This document shows, in pieces, positions 18,945 through 29,110 of a DNA stretch of 64,000 nucleotides (its first letter is position 1; each line of letters begins with the position of its first letter). The position numbers were made by a program, and so were the translations under genes. Origin of the DNA: an uncultured Acidimicrobiales bacterium (GTDB lineage: Bacteria; Actinomycetota; Acidimicrobiia; Acidimicrobiales; SHLQ01); the NCBI GenBank assembly GCA_905479685.1, contig CAJQNJ010000008.1, forward strand, positions 10,488 to 74,487, in the 5' to 3' direction. The notes under the pieces are model-generated. The model had not been told where the DNA came from. It searched no databases and worked only from the letters and a program-made list of their open reading frames with translations.

Positions 18945-19008
18945 GCAGAGCGTTGCTGGTTTCGCAGAGCGTTGCTGGTTTCAGAGCGTCGCTGGATTCA
19001 GAGCCTCG
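18945..19008. repeat. Short tandem direct repeats (19-nt unit gcagagcgttgctggtttc x2, then 17-nt and partial degenerate copies)
   Basis: Read directly at 18945-18963, 18964-18982, 18983-18999 and 19000-19008. They span the DHPS-like stop codon and lie about 40-100 nt upstream of the FHA-cyclase start. Confidence 0.85.
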
Positions 19009-19736
19009 TGACGAGCACGCACCTGAGCTGGGTAGTGAGCCCGGGCGAAGTCGATGTCGTGCGCAAGCGCAAGATCGAGCAGCTCCAGGCGATCTTCTGT
19101 CTGCTTCCACGGCAGTGGCACATAGATGGGGAGGTCGAACTGGCGAAGTCGGTCGAGCCCGCTGTAGATCTTTCGCTGGTACTCGCTTCGCTCCTCCCAG
19201 TCCCAATGCGCCGGTGAGAATCCGGTTCCCGGATCGAGGTAACACCGCTCGCGTATGCCGAATCGACCCATTTCCTTCAGTCGCTCTGCAAACCAGGAGA
19301 CCATCACCTCGACAGGCTCACCCTCCACATGTTTCAGGTGTCGTGGGTCCGGACCAAGCATGAACGGCAAGACGACGTCGCATTCTCGTTCCGCAGCGAA
19401 CTCCAGCATCGCTTCGTTCTGCAGTGCATCGGCGGCATTGAGTACGGAAGCTCCAGCATCGAATGCTCGCTCCGCAGTCTCGACTTGCCATGTATCGACC
19501 GAGACCGTGACCCCGAGCGCAGCGATCGCACGCAACGGTCCCTCGAGGATTGCCCATTCTTCGTCCGGGGTGACGAAGTTGGCGCTCCCGTGAGACGCCT
19601 GACCACCGAGGTCGATGTGGTCTGCGCCCTCTTCGAGGAGGTGTCGGGCATACCGGTCGGCTGCTTCGGCGGTGCTTGCAACCGAGAACTCCGCTAGTGA
19701 ATCCGGCGAGGCGTTGACAACTCCAAAGATTTCCAC
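18981..19736 (-). CDS. Dihydropteroate-synthase-like pterin-binding protein
   Basis: EIFGVVNASPDSLAEFS...ADHIDLGGQAS is the DHPS N-terminal pattern. GTG at 19736 is preferred over the ORF maximum (19841), which would overlap the upstream hydrolase gene. Confidence 0.7.
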   Translation of the reverse strand: MEIFGVVNASPDSLAEFSVASTAEAADRYARHLLEEGADHIDLGGQASHGSANFVTPDEEWAILEGPLRAIAALGVTVSVDTWQVETAERAFDAGASVLNAADALQNEAMLEFAAERECDVVLPFMLGPDPRHLKHVEGEPVEVMVSWFAERLKEMGRFGIRERCYLDPGTGFSPAHWDWEERSEYQRKIYSGLDRLRQFDLPIYVPLPWKQTEDRLELLDLALAHDIDFARAHYPAQVRARHEALNPATL

Positions 19737-19818
19737 GAAAGGTGAAGCTACGCCATGGAGCGTTTCATTCCCGGACTGAGTCGAAACTGATGACCTGCAT
19801 GTGTCACATCCCCGACCC

Positions 19819-20625
19819 TCAGCGGGTGCCGTCCCAGCCAATCCCCTCTGCGATGGCGTCCCGGACGGCGATCGGATCTTCTGTCGGCATGAAGTGCCCA
19901 GTCGAGTCCAGGGTGATCACGCGATGGTCGGCGACCGCCGAGATCAAATCTCCCGACGCCCGAATCGGGGTCATCTTGTCCTCAGCGCCGAGCACGAACG
20001 TGACCGGAACCGAGATGGAGGACGCTGCCACGACCGCATTGGTATACGCATTCACCGCAGCCATGTCGTGACCGAGAGCATCCTTCGGGGACCGATCGAG
20101 CATCGCTCGTGATGCACCGATCTGCCAGGTGCCGGGAGACTTGTGACCGCCACGATGTGATCTGCTCCCCGTCCCCCAGGAGACCATCAACCCGCTCGCC
20201 TTCCCGACGTCGTCATAACTCGACGAGAGGAGTTCAGGATGTACCGGCATCGTTGTCGCGGTTCCGATGAGCACGAGGGATCTGGCGCAGGTGTCATCCT
20301 GCGACGCAGCCTCGAGCGCAACATAGGTTCCAGTAGAGAAACCGACCAGGTGGGCGGGCGCGAGGCCAAGCTCATGGACAAGTCCGGCCGTCCAGCGACC
20401 CATCTCCTCCACCGTCTGGATCGGCTCGCCGCCACTCAGGCCGTGACCAGGCAGGTCGACTGCCGCAACTCTGAAGCCGTGGTGAGCCAGCCACCGGCTT
20501 TGCATCTGCCACGTGGTTCGATCCATCCCAGATCCATGAATCAGCACAACTCCAGGAGCGTCGGAATCGTGACCTTTGCCTCCCGTTGCGATCCGGACGG
20601 GTTGTCCTTCGTACGTGATCTCCAT
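19819..20625 (-). CDS. Alpha/beta-fold hydrolase
   Basis: VVLIHGSGMD...LVGFSTGTYVAL (GxSxG) and a C-terminal GHF. Confidence 0.8.
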   Translation of the reverse strand: MEITYEGQPVRIATGGKGHDSDAPGVVLIHGSGMDRTTWQMQSRWLAHHGFRVAAVDLPGHGLSGGEPIQTVEEMGRWTAGLVHELGLAPAHLVGFSTGTYVALEAASQDDTCARSLVLIGTATTMPVHPELLSSSYDDVGKASGLMVSWGTGSRSHRGGHKSPGTWQIGASRAMLDRSPKDALGHDMAAVNAYTNAVVAASSISVPVTFVLGAEDKMTPIRASGDLISAVADHRVITLDSTGHFMPTEDPIAVRDAIAEGIGWDGTR

Positions 20626-20634
20626 GATGCCTCG

Positions 20635-21927
20635 TTATCGCTGTGAGGCCTTGAGGGCCCTGGCCAGGTCGTCGATGATGTCGCGCTCGTCCTCGAGTCC
20701 GACGCTGAGACGAACAAGGTCTTCGCGAACCCCCGCAGCGTTGAGCGCTTCGTTGGACATCTGCTGATGGGTCGTGGACGCTGGGTGAATCACCAACGTG
20801 CGAGCATCGCCGACATTTGCCAGATGTGATGCCAGCTTGACCGACTCGATGAACCTACGACCTGCGTCACGCCCACCTTTCACACCGAAGCTGAGGATCG
20901 CTCCCGCACCATCTGGATAGAGCGTCTTGGCAAGTTCGTGATCGGGGTGCGTTGGCGCCGACGGGTGCGAGACCCAACTCACCGCGCTGTTCGAAAGAAG
21001 CATGTCGACAACGGCGTTCGCGTTCGAGACATGTTTGGCCATACGAAGGGGAAGGGTCTCGATTCCCTGGATGATCTGGAACGCATTCATTGGACTGATC
21101 GCCGCACCGAAGTCTCGTAGCCCTTCGGCGCGAGCACGCGAAATGAAGGCTGCAGGACCGAATTCCTCGGAGAACGCAAGGCCGTGGTACCCGTCATAGG
21201 GTTCGGTCAGCGTCGGAAACTTCCCACTTGCGTCCCAGTCGAAGTGACCGCCGTCGACGAGGACGCCACCGAGAGCAACGCCGTGCCCGCCCATGAACTT
21301 CGTGATCGAGTGCATCACGATGTCCGCCCCGTATTCGATCGGGCGAATCAGATACGGCGTAGCGAACGTGGAATCGACCATCAGCGGCAGTGCATTTCGA
21401 TGCGCAACATTCGCGATGGCCTCGATGTCCATGACTTCGATACCTGGGTTCCCGAGTGTCTCCCCATATACGAGACGCGTGTCTTCGGTGATCGCCGCTT
21501 CGAACGCCGCCGGATCGCGAGGATCTACGAACGTGGTTGTGATGCCGAATCGGGGCAACGTCTGCGTGAGGATGTTCGCTGTTCCGCCGTACAGATTCCG
21601 AGCAGCCACGATGTGACCACCCTGGCCCATGAGGGTCGCAACGCCGAGGTGAAATGCTGCCATTCCACTGGCAGTGGCCACTGCACCCACTCCCCCTTCG
21701 AGCGCTGCAATACGTTCCTCGAGAACCGCCGTCGTGGGATTGGAGATACGTGAATAGATGTGCCCCGGCTCTTCGAGGTTGAAGAGGCTCGCGGCGTGGT
21801 CAGTGTCGTCGAACATGAACGACGTCGACCAATAGATAGGAACAGCGCGTGCGCCAGTCTCCTGATCGGGTTGATGTCCGGCATGCAGACTCAGCGTAGA
21901 AAATCCAAGAAAGTCAGGTTCGACCAT
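20635..21927 (-). CDS. metY: O-acetylhomoserine sulfhydrylase (PLP-dependent Cys/Met metabolism enzyme)
   Basis: Start at internal ATG (MVEPDFLGFSTLSLHAGH...) preceded by GAGGAGG. Contains YSRISNPT, GNPG and HSITKFMGGHG...GHFDW. Confidence 0.85.
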   Translation of the reverse strand: MVEPDFLGFSTLSLHAGHQPDQETGARAVPIYWSTSFMFDDTDHAASLFNLEEPGHIYSRISNPTTAVLEERIAALEGGVGAVATASGMAAFHLGVATLMGQGGHIVAARNLYGGTANILTQTLPRFGITTTFVDPRDPAAFEAAITEDTRLVYGETLGNPGIEVMDIEAIANVAHRNALPLMVDSTFATPYLIRPIEYGADIVMHSITKFMGGHGVALGGVLVDGGHFDWDASGKFPTLTEPYDGYHGLAFSEEFGPAAFISRARAEGLRDFGAAISPMNAFQIIQGIETLPLRMAKHVSNANAVVDMLLSNSAVSWVSHPSAPTHPDHELAKTLYPDGAGAILSFGVKGGRDAGRRFIESVKLASHLANVGDARTLVIHPASTTHQQMSNEALNAAGVREDLVRLSVGLEDERDIIDDLARALKASQR

Positions 21928-22002
21928 TGCGCCTCCTCGACAGTACGCGCATCGTATCTGAGCTTGCTCAGGTCGCCTTCTCCATCGAGCTACACTCGGC
22001 CG

Positions 22003-22695
22003 GTGAAAACCATCGAATGCGGACCCGGTGACGCCCGCTCCGTCTACGCCGAGACAGGCTTCGACCGAAGATACTGGGCGTCGGTCCGCGGGGCACGCGG
22101 TCTGTGTCGACTGACGTCGCGTGTAGATGTACCCGAGTCGATCCGCATACCGACCGATCGTCCGCTGATCGTCGCGGCAAATCATTCGAGCCTTTTCGAT
22201 CTCATCGCCGCTCTGGTCTTTCTCGGCCACTTCGGCATCAACGCACGACTCGCGGTGAACTCGAGGTTCTTCAAGAATCCGGTAGGTCGCGGGTTCCTCG
22301 GGGGAATCGGGTGTGTTCCCTTCAGCCGCGATGATCGTGAAACCGCCGAGCAGGCGATGGTCGACGCCCTACTGGCAAATCAGGTGATCGCCCTCATGCC
22401 CGAGGGACGGGTCACTCGGCTGGAGGATCAAGTCAACGGCGTGGGGCCAGCTCGACCGGGGATCTCGCGCATCGCGCTCCGTGCAGGCGCAGCGATCCTC
22501 CCCGTGGGATTTGCGCAATCCGACGAGGCATGGAGTCCGGGAACCCCCCTCCCGAAACCTCGTCTCGGGAGGCATCACGTCATCGCGAGAGCTGGGGACC
22601 TGCTGGTACTCGACTCCGATGACCACGATGCGAATTCGGCTGCGATCATCGCCGCGATCGGCAATGTGGTGATGTCGGCCCGCGCGATCGCCTGA
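22003..22695 (+). CDS. 1-acyl-sn-glycerol-3-phosphate acyltransferase family (PlsC-like)
   Basis: VAANHSSLFD (HX4D) and ALMPEGRV motifs. The start is uncertain. GTG 22003 is the first start downstream of the metY start. Confidence 0.65.
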   Translation: MKTIECGPGDARSVYAETGFDRRYWASVRGARGLCRLTSRVDVPESIRIPTDRPLIVAANHSSLFDLIAALVFLGHFGINARLAVNSRFFKNPVGRGFLGGIGCVPFSRDDRETAEQAMVDALLANQVIALMPEGRVTRLEDQVNGVGPARPGISRIALRAGAAILPVGFAQSDEAWSPGTPLPKPRLGRHHVIARAGDLLVLDSDDHDANSAAIIAAIGNVVMSARAIA

Positions 22696-22718
22696 AGCCT
22701 GAGCTTCGTGCGTTCGGC

Positions 22719-23132
22719 TCAGTGGGTGAGCGCGAAACCGAGGAGAAGTGCGCCGAGGGACGCAACAAAACCAAGCGCCCCGGTCATTCCCTTGATGGAA
22801 GGTTTGCTGCTCTTGGCGTGGATCCATGCGGCAATACCCGAGATGATCACAAGCAGGAACTTGATTCCGAACACCATGTTGTACGCCGTCGTGGCTTCGG
22901 CCATGTCCACTTCGAGGATGTTCCAGATTCCGGTGATGAACGCCAGACCAAACGCAGGCCACGCGACACGTTGAAAGGCTTGGGCAGCCTTTGCAGGTAG
23001 ACCCTCCACCCCGGCAGCACGCAGCACCGGAAGCAGCGACAACATCACGACCTGACCGCCCACCCACACCGTCACCCCGAGTATGTGGAGGAAGATTCGG
23101 ATCGTATCTATGGAGAAATTCACGTCGGGCAT
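22719..23132 (-). CDS. Small integral membrane protein (about 4 TM, CopD-like)
   Basis: MPDVNFSIDTIRIFLHILGVTVWVGGQVVMLSLLP..., with four hydrophobic segments. Confidence 0.55.
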   Translation of the reverse strand: MPDVNFSIDTIRIFLHILGVTVWVGGQVVMLSLLPVLRAAGVEGLPAKAAQAFQRVAWPAFGLAFITGIWNILEVDMAEATTAYNMVFGIKFLLVIISGIAAWIHAKSSKPSIKGMTGALGFVASLGALLLGFALTH

Positions 23133-23195
23133 ACCCGTACCCTCACACCAGCAGGCTGAGGTGAGCAAGTCGGCAGCGAACTAGATTCAGGGTCC

Positions 23196-25133
23196 ATGAC
23201 CTCGACTCTTTGGGAACCCTCCTCCGATCGCATCGACGCAACCGAAATCGCTTCGTTGTGCCGTGACCTCGGCCTTTCGAGTTCGTACCGGGCTCTGCAT
23301 GCCTGGTCGATCGCAGATTCCGAGCGATTCTGGAGTTTGGTCTGGGATCGGTACGGAATCATCGGCGAGCGAGGCTCGGGCACAGTCGAGTACGGGGAGC
23401 GTTTTCGCGAGACAACGTTCTTTCCGAACGCTCGTTTGAACGTCGCTGAGAACCTTCTGTCAGCAACCACGGTAGACCCAACCACCCACCTGGCTCTCAG
23501 CTTCTCGAACGAGTCGGGCCACGTCTCGTCGTGGACGCTGTCAGCGCTCCGCGATCGTGTCTCGATCCTGGAGCAGGCGATGACCCGAGCCGGCGTCGTC
23601 TCAGGAGATGTCGTTGCCGCGTGGCTACCCAACCTTCCGGAAACGATCGCGATCTTCCTCGCTGCAAATTCGCTCGGCGCGATCTTCACGTCGGGCTCGC
23701 CAGACTTCGGAACCAACGGCGTAGTCGATCGCTTCGGCCAACTCGATCCGAAGTTGCTCTTTGCAACCGATGCCTATCTGTATGCGGGCAAAGAACACTC
23801 GACGCTCGAACGACTGAGCGAGATTCAACAGCGCCTCACTTCGCTGGAGCAAACCGTGCTCGTCCCCTACCTGAACCCTGATGTCCGCGTCCCGGGAACG
23901 ATCCCACTCGAGGCGTTCAGCGATCGCATCACTCCCACCGAGCCCATCTTCAAGAGGCACGAGTTCGATCATCCAGTATTCGTTCTGTTCTCGAGCGGCA
24001 CGACCGGGACCCCGAAGGCGATCGTCCACCGGGGTGGCGGAGTGCTCGTCAAACTCGTCAGCGAACAACGCATCCACTGCGACATCGGTCCCGGAGATCG
24101 CGTCTTCTACTTCACGACTGCAGGATGGATGATGTGGAACTGGCTCACGGGAGCGTTGGCTTCCGAAGCGACCGCCATCCTCTTCGATGGCTCCCCATTT
24201 CATCCAGGCCCAGAGGTCCTGTTCGACCTCATCGACCGTGAGCAGATCACGTTGTTCGGTGTGTCGGCAAAATATGTAGACGCGCTCAACAAGGCGGGTC
24301 AACACCCCGCAGAAACCCACGACCTCTCGTCGCTTCGCACGATCTGTACGACAGGATCAACGTTGGTCCACGAGAGTTTCGAGTATCTCTACGAGAAGGT
24401 GAAGGCCGATGTCCATGTCGCGTCGATGTCTGGAGGAACCGACCTCTGCGGCATTCTCGTAGGAGGTGACCCGACATCACCTGTCACGGCAGGCGAGATC
24501 CAAGCCCCATCGATCGGCATGGATATTGGTGTGGTCGACGACGACGGCAACAGGCTCGATGTCGGGGAACAGGGCGAACTCATTTGTGCGACACCATTTC
24601 CGTCAATCCCGTTGCACTTCATCGGCGATGTCGACAACACCAGATTTGATGAGTCGTACTTCAACAGATTTCCAGGTGTCTGGCACCAAGGCGACTACGC
24701 GGAGTGGAGCTCCGGTGGTGGAATCATCATCTCGGGAAGGTCAGACGCCACCCTCAATCCAGGGGGAGTCAGGATCGGAACCGCAGAGATCTACCGCCAA
24801 GCCGAACGGCTCGATCAAGTCGAGGAGAGCCTGGTCATCGGTCAGGTCTGGGAGGACGACACCCGAATCGTGCTCTTCGTACGCCTGGCGGAAGGAATCG
24901 AGCTCACCGATGACCTTGTCACCCTGATCAAGGCAACCATTCGGGAGGGAGCATCTCCCCGACATGTCCCGGCAAAGGTCCTTGCCGTAACCGACATTCC
25001 GAGAACCCGCAGCGGAAAGATCTCCGAGCTCGCGGTCCGCGACGTCGTGCACGGCAAAGAGGTGAAGAACACCGAGGCATTGGCCAATCCTGAAGCGCTC
25101 GAGCTCTACCGGGGCCTCGAAGAACTCCGCTGA
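23196..25133 (+). CDS. Acetoacetyl-CoA synthetase (AMP-forming acyl-CoA ligase)
   Basis: 645 aa. WSIADSERFWSLVWD N-terminus, FSSGTTGTPKAIVH AMP motif, and a C-terminal PRTRSGKISE. Confidence 0.9.
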   Translation: MTSTLWEPSSDRIDATEIASLCRDLGLSSSYRALHAWSIADSERFWSLVWDRYGIIGERGSGTVEYGERFRETTFFPNARLNVAENLLSATTVDPTTHLALSFSNESGHVSSWTLSALRDRVSILEQAMTRAGVVSGDVVAAWLPNLPETIAIFLAANSLGAIFTSGSPDFGTNGVVDRFGQLDPKLLFATDAYLYAGKEHSTLERLSEIQQRLTSLEQTVLVPYLNPDVRVPGTIPLEAFSDRITPTEPIFKRHEFDHPVFVLFSSGTTGTPKAIVHRGGGVLVKLVSEQRIHCDIGPGDRVFYFTTAGWMMWNWLTGALASEATAILFDGSPFHPGPEVLFDLIDREQITLFGVSAKYVDALNKAGQHPAETHDLSSLRTICTTGSTLVHESFEYLYEKVKADVHVASMSGGTDLCGILVGGDPTSPVTAGEIQAPSIGMDIGVVDDDGNRLDVGEQGELICATPFPSIPLHFIGDVDNTRFDESYFNRFPGVWHQGDYAEWSSGGGIIISGRSDATLNPGGVRIGTAEIYRQAERLDQVEESLVIGQVWEDDTRIVLFVRLAEGIELTDDLVTLIKATIREGASPRHVPAKVLAVTDIPRTRSGKISELAVRDVVHGKEVKNTEALANPEALELYRGLEELR

Positions 25134-25137
25134 AGGA

Positions 25138-25599
25138 TCAGCCGATGAGGAGGCCGAGAGATTCGTAGAGAAGCGCCGGTTTATCGTCGCCCACCACATG
25201 CACGGCGATTTCTTGTTTCATCAAGATTCCCGTCGGCTTCTCGGTGACATCGACGACCCGCGAATGGGCATGGACTTGGGCGCCGGCAGGTACGGGATTC
25301 AAGAACCGCAGTCGGTCGGCGCCGTAGTTGAGCGCTCCGAGCACACCGTCGATGTCTGGTCCGATCTGCATGGAGAAGTACGAGACCAAACTGAGCGTGA
25401 GGAAACCATGCGCGATCGGACCGCCAAATGGGCCAGCGTTTGCCTTCTCCAGGTCAACGTGGATCCACTGATGATCCTTGGTCACATCCGCGAACGTATT
25501 GATCATGTCCTGAGTGATCTCGATGGGTTCGGTCCACTCCGTCCACTCGTCGGTGATCAACCCCTTGAGTCCATCGATGTCCTTGATCGAGACAGCCAT
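25138..25599 (-). CDS. MaoC family dehydratase
   Basis: DHQWIHVDLEKANAGPFGGPIAHGFLTLS hydratase motif. ATG 25599 lies 15 nt after the IOR stop with AAGGGA in between. The ORF maximum is 25638. Confidence 0.8.
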   Translation of the reverse strand: MAVSIKDIDGLKGLITDEWTEWTEPIEITQDMINTFADVTKDHQWIHVDLEKANAGPFGGPIAHGFLTLSLVSYFSMQIGPDIDGVLGALNYGADRLRFLNPVPAGAQVHAHSRVVDVTEKPTGILMKQEIAVHVVGDDKPALLYESLGLLIG

Positions 25600-25613
25600 G
25601 TGTCGGATCCCTT

Positions 25614-28600
25614 TCAGTTGTGCGTCACCTTGCGCCACTCTGCCAGGCCCGAGGCGAGTTCGGCACGGTATCGATCGACATTTGCGAGTTTGATTTCGTC
25701 GAAGCCACGGATCTGATCAGCAAGGTCGGCGATCGCGACCGCTTGATCTGCTCGAGCGACGCTCACATCGATGATCAATTCCTCCAACAACGCTCGGTAC
25801 TCGTCGATCAGCACACGCTCGACACGTCGTTCTTCGCTTCGACCAAACGGATCGAGGCGGCCTCCGCGCAGGCGTTTCGATTTCACCAGCGCTTTGAATG
25901 TTCGGCGAGCCGCAACCTCGGGAACAGGGATCTTTCGGTCGATCCCAACCAGCTTCAGACTTGGCGGCTTCAGCTGGTAACTCACCTTGGCGTTGGGCCC
26001 AAAACGTGCCCGCGCAGATTCCTCGATATTGGCATCGAGAGCCAACCGTGCGACCTCGTATTCATCCTTGTACGCCATGAGCTTGAAGAGGTGACGAGCC
26101 GCCGTTGAGCTCAGTCGACTGTCGGGGATCCCCGCGGATTGCTCGGCTCGTCGCACACGAGCGAGCTGGTCGACGTAGGTCTGTGCATAAGACGCGTCTC
26201 CCCAGGAAATCAGCTCGGGGACTCGCCAACGAAGCACCTCTTCGAGTTGCTCGTCGACGTTCGGGATACGGGCGATCAGCGCCGCGATCTCACCGGTCGG
26301 CACTGGTGGGGCAGGTGTATCGCGCCGAGCGGACTCGGAAAGCTCTCGAGCAAGTTCGGGATCTGCTGCAATGCGCCGTCCCAGGCGGAACGCCCCGGTG
26401 TTCGTTGCAACGGCGACACCGTTGAGCTCGATCGCCTGCTCGATCGCCGTCGAACGCACTGGAATCCTGCCGAGTTGATACGCAACACCAACCACGAGAA
26501 GGTTTGCTGCGGGCTGTGATGCAAAGACGTGGCGACCGATTGCCTCGGCATCGATCCACATGTTCTCCACGGCACGAGTCGACGTGTCGATCCGGCTGCG
26601 GAATCGCTCCAGATCAGGAAAATGTTCTCTCGAAATTCGAGCGACCATGGCACCGGTCGGAACCCGACTCGTCGACACGATCGCAACGGTGCGCTCCGGA
26701 TCACCTCGTTCGAGGATTGCCGGCATCGATCCGCCCACGACGTCGAACAGCAACATCGAGTCCGCCTCGGCGACCCCCACCTTTGCCGCCCCTTCATGGG
26801 TTTCAGCCGAGATGTGCAGATTCGATACGACCTGACCGCCCTTTTGCGCAAGACCAGTCTGATCCAAACTGGTAGCCACCCGCCCGTCGATCATGGCCGC
26901 TGTCGAGAGCACCTGGCTCACCGTCACAACACCGGTTCCACCGATTCCGACGATCAGCAGTGTCGCCTCATCTGGAACCGCCGGCTCATCAGGAACCTCA
27001 TTGGTGTCGAAGTCGGCACCGCGGCGCACCTTCTCGACCCGATCGGTCGGATCTATCTCGACGGTGACGAAGGCCGGGCAGTTTCCGTCGACGCAGCTGT
27101 AGTCGAAATTGCACGACTCCTGATGGATCTGCGTTTTGCGACCAAATGGGGTTTCCACGGGATGCACACTCATGCAGTTCGAGATCTCGCCGCAATGGCC
27201 ACACCCTTCACAGATCGCCTCATTGATCATGATGCGCGTCGTCGGCGTCTCGACCGTCTTTCGTTTGCGGTTGCGCCGCAGGTCCGCGGCGCAGCCTTGG
27301 TCATAGACGAGCGCGGTCACCCCAGGGACATCTCGAAGCTCGCGTTGGACCGAATCCAACTCATCTCGATCCACAACCCGACACCCTGGCGAGAATCGCG
27401 CCCCTCGTTCGTACTTGTCGACGTCGTCGGTGACAACGATGGTCTGAACCACCCCCTCGGCATCGAGCCAACGGGTGAGCGCTGGCACTGGCACTTCGCC
27501 AGCGGCATCTTGTCCACCCGTCATGGCAACCACGCCGTTGTAGAGAATCTTGAACGTGATGTCGGTTCCGGCTGCCACGGCTTGACGAATCGCCAGCGAG
27601 CCCGAGTGGAAGAAGGTTCCGTCTCCGAGGTTCTGGAACCGATGATCGGCCATGACGAACGGCGCAGTACCCACCCACTGGGCCCCCTCGCCACCCATCT
27701 GCGTGAGACCATCGGTGTCACGATCCATCCACAGAACCATCGAGTGGCATCCAATTCCACCGGCTGCCACGGAGCCCTCTGGGACCACGGTAGAACGATT
27801 GTGCGGACACCCTGAGCAGTAGTACGGGGTTCTGCTCGGGAGGTCAGGGTCGGCCAGAAGTGGTATCCGTTCCCGTTGCCGCACCAGTCGCGAGGGAGCG
27901 ATGTTGGTCTCGAGCACACGTCGAAGAGGTTCGAGCAGTTTCGGTGCCGACAGTGCGCCTCCGATCGGAACGAGAGGTTCCCCTGCACCATCCCGCTTGC
28001 CGAAGACAGCTGGAGCCTTCGCTTGACCGTACAGAACGTTGCGCACTTGGCTTTCGATGAAGGGCCGCTTCGCCTCGATGACCATGATCGTGTCCAGACC
28101 ATCGGCGAACGCTCGAAGACCCTGTGGCTCGAGCGGTGAGATCAACCCGGGCACGTAGACCCTGATGCCCAACGCTTCGAGGTCACCGTCGACGCCCAGC
28201 AACGTGAGTGCGTCTCGAACATCGCCAAGTGGCTTGCCAGCAACGATGAGGCCAAGCCACGCATCGCTCGCACCGAATGAACGGTCGAGCGGGTTCTCCC
28301 GGGCGAAGCCCAACGCTGCCTCGGTTCTGAGGCCGAAAAGCTCCTCCTCGAGATGCACGGACTGTGGTGCGAGCAAATTGTTGTCGACCGTTGGTCGCCA
28401 AGGTTTCCCATCGACCTCGTGGATGTAGTCGACGACGTCCACCTCTCCCTCAGATGCTGGGATCGTCGCAAACCCGTCCGCGACGTCGGTATGCACCTTC
28501 ACGCCGACCCAAAGACCTGAGGCTCGGGAAAGCTCGAACCCGAACCTCCCCAGCCGAAGCACGTCCCCGACATCGGCTGGGTACACAACCGGCATGCCCG

Positions 28601-29096
28601 CATCAGCAAGTGCAAACTCCGATGCGGAAGGGATCGTGGAGGATTTGCACTCCGGGTCGTCTCCGGCGAGCGCCAGCACCCCACCCCATCGACCAACGCC
28701 GGCGAAGTTTCCATGACGAAACGCATCCCCTGACCGATCTACTCCGGGACCCTTGCCGTACCAGATACCTTTCACCCCGTCGTAGAGTGCGTCGCTCTCG
28801 AGCTCGGCCATCTGGGAGCCCCAAATCGCCGTGGCCGCGAGTTCTTCGTTCACTCCGCTGAGAAAGCGCACGTTCGCAGCCTCGAGTTGTGTCTGGTGCT
28901 GGGCCACGATGCTCTCGATCCCGCCGAGTGGTGACCCGCGGTAGCCGCTCACCAACGTGGCCGTGCTCACTCCCCTGGCCGTGTCCACTCGATGTTGATC
29001 GATCGGAACCCGCATGAGCGCTTGTGCACCCGACAGCGTGATCATGCCTGCCGTTGCGGACAATCGCTCGGTCAAATCGAATTCGGTGGATGTCAC
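25614..29096 (-). CDS. Indolepyruvate:ferredoxin oxidoreductase family protein (fused alpha/beta, 2-oxoacid:ferredoxin oxidoreductase)
   Basis: 1160 aa. LSGAQALMRVPIDQ..., VSGYRGSPLGG, TPP motif GDGTFFHSG, and a 4Fe-4S Cys cluster CEGCGHCGEISNC. Confidence 0.9.
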   Translation of the reverse strand: MTSTEFDLTERLSATAGMITLSGAQALMRVPIDQHRVDTARGVSTATLVSGYRGSPLGGIESIVAQHQTQLEAANVRFLSGVNEELAATAIWGSQMAELESDALYDGVKGIWYGKGPGVDRSGDAFRHGNFAGVGRWGGVLALAGDDPECKSSTIPSASEFALADAGMPVVYPADVGDVLRLGRFGFELSRASGLWVGVKVHTDVADGFATIPASEGEVDVVDYIHEVDGKPWRPTVDNNLLAPQSVHLEEELFGLRTEAALGFARENPLDRSFGASDAWLGLIVAGKPLGDVRDALTLLGVDGDLEALGIRVYVPGLISPLEPQGLRAFADGLDTIMVIEAKRPFIESQVRNVLYGQAKAPAVFGKRDGAGEPLVPIGGALSAPKLLEPLRRVLETNIAPSRLVRQRERIPLLADPDLPSRTPYYCSGCPHNRSTVVPEGSVAAGGIGCHSMVLWMDRDTDGLTQMGGEGAQWVGTAPFVMADHRFQNLGDGTFFHSGSLAIRQAVAAGTDITFKILYNGVVAMTGGQDAAGEVPVPALTRWLDAEGVVQTIVVTDDVDKYERGARFSPGCRVVDRDELDSVQRELRDVPGVTALVYDQGCAADLRRNRKRKTVETPTTRIMINEAICEGCGHCGEISNCMSVHPVETPFGRKTQIHQESCNFDYSCVDGNCPAFVTVEIDPTDRVEKVRRGADFDTNEVPDEPAVPDEATLLIVGIGGTGVVTVSQVLSTAAMIDGRVATSLDQTGLAQKGGQVVSNLHISAETHEGAAKVGVAEADSMLLFDVVGGSMPAILERGDPERTVAIVSTSRVPTGAMVARISREHFPDLERFRSRIDTSTRAVENMWIDAEAIGRHVFASQPAANLLVVGVAYQLGRIPVRSTAIEQAIELNGVAVATNTGAFRLGRRIAADPELARELSESARRDTPAPPVPTGEIAALIARIPNVDEQLEEVLRWRVPELISWGDASYAQTYVDQLARVRRAEQSAGIPDSRLSSTAARHLFKLMAYKDEYEVARLALDANIEESARARFGPNAKVSYQLKPPSLKLVGIDRKIPVPEVAARRTFKALVKSKRLRGGRLDPFGRSEERRVERVLIDEYRALLEELIIDVSVARADQAVAIADLADQIRGFDEIKLANVDRYRAELASGLAEWRKVTHN

Positions 29097-29110
29097 TGAT
29101 GCATCGACTC

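Noticed and set aside
21928-22110. Possible SAM riboswitch (SAM-IV or S-box) upstream of metY
   Set aside because: I could not recognise the conserved SAM-I or SAM-IV core sequences on the minus strand. If the divergent PlsC-like gene starts at GTG 22003, only about 75 nt of spacer remain. An Infernal scan would be needed to overturn this.
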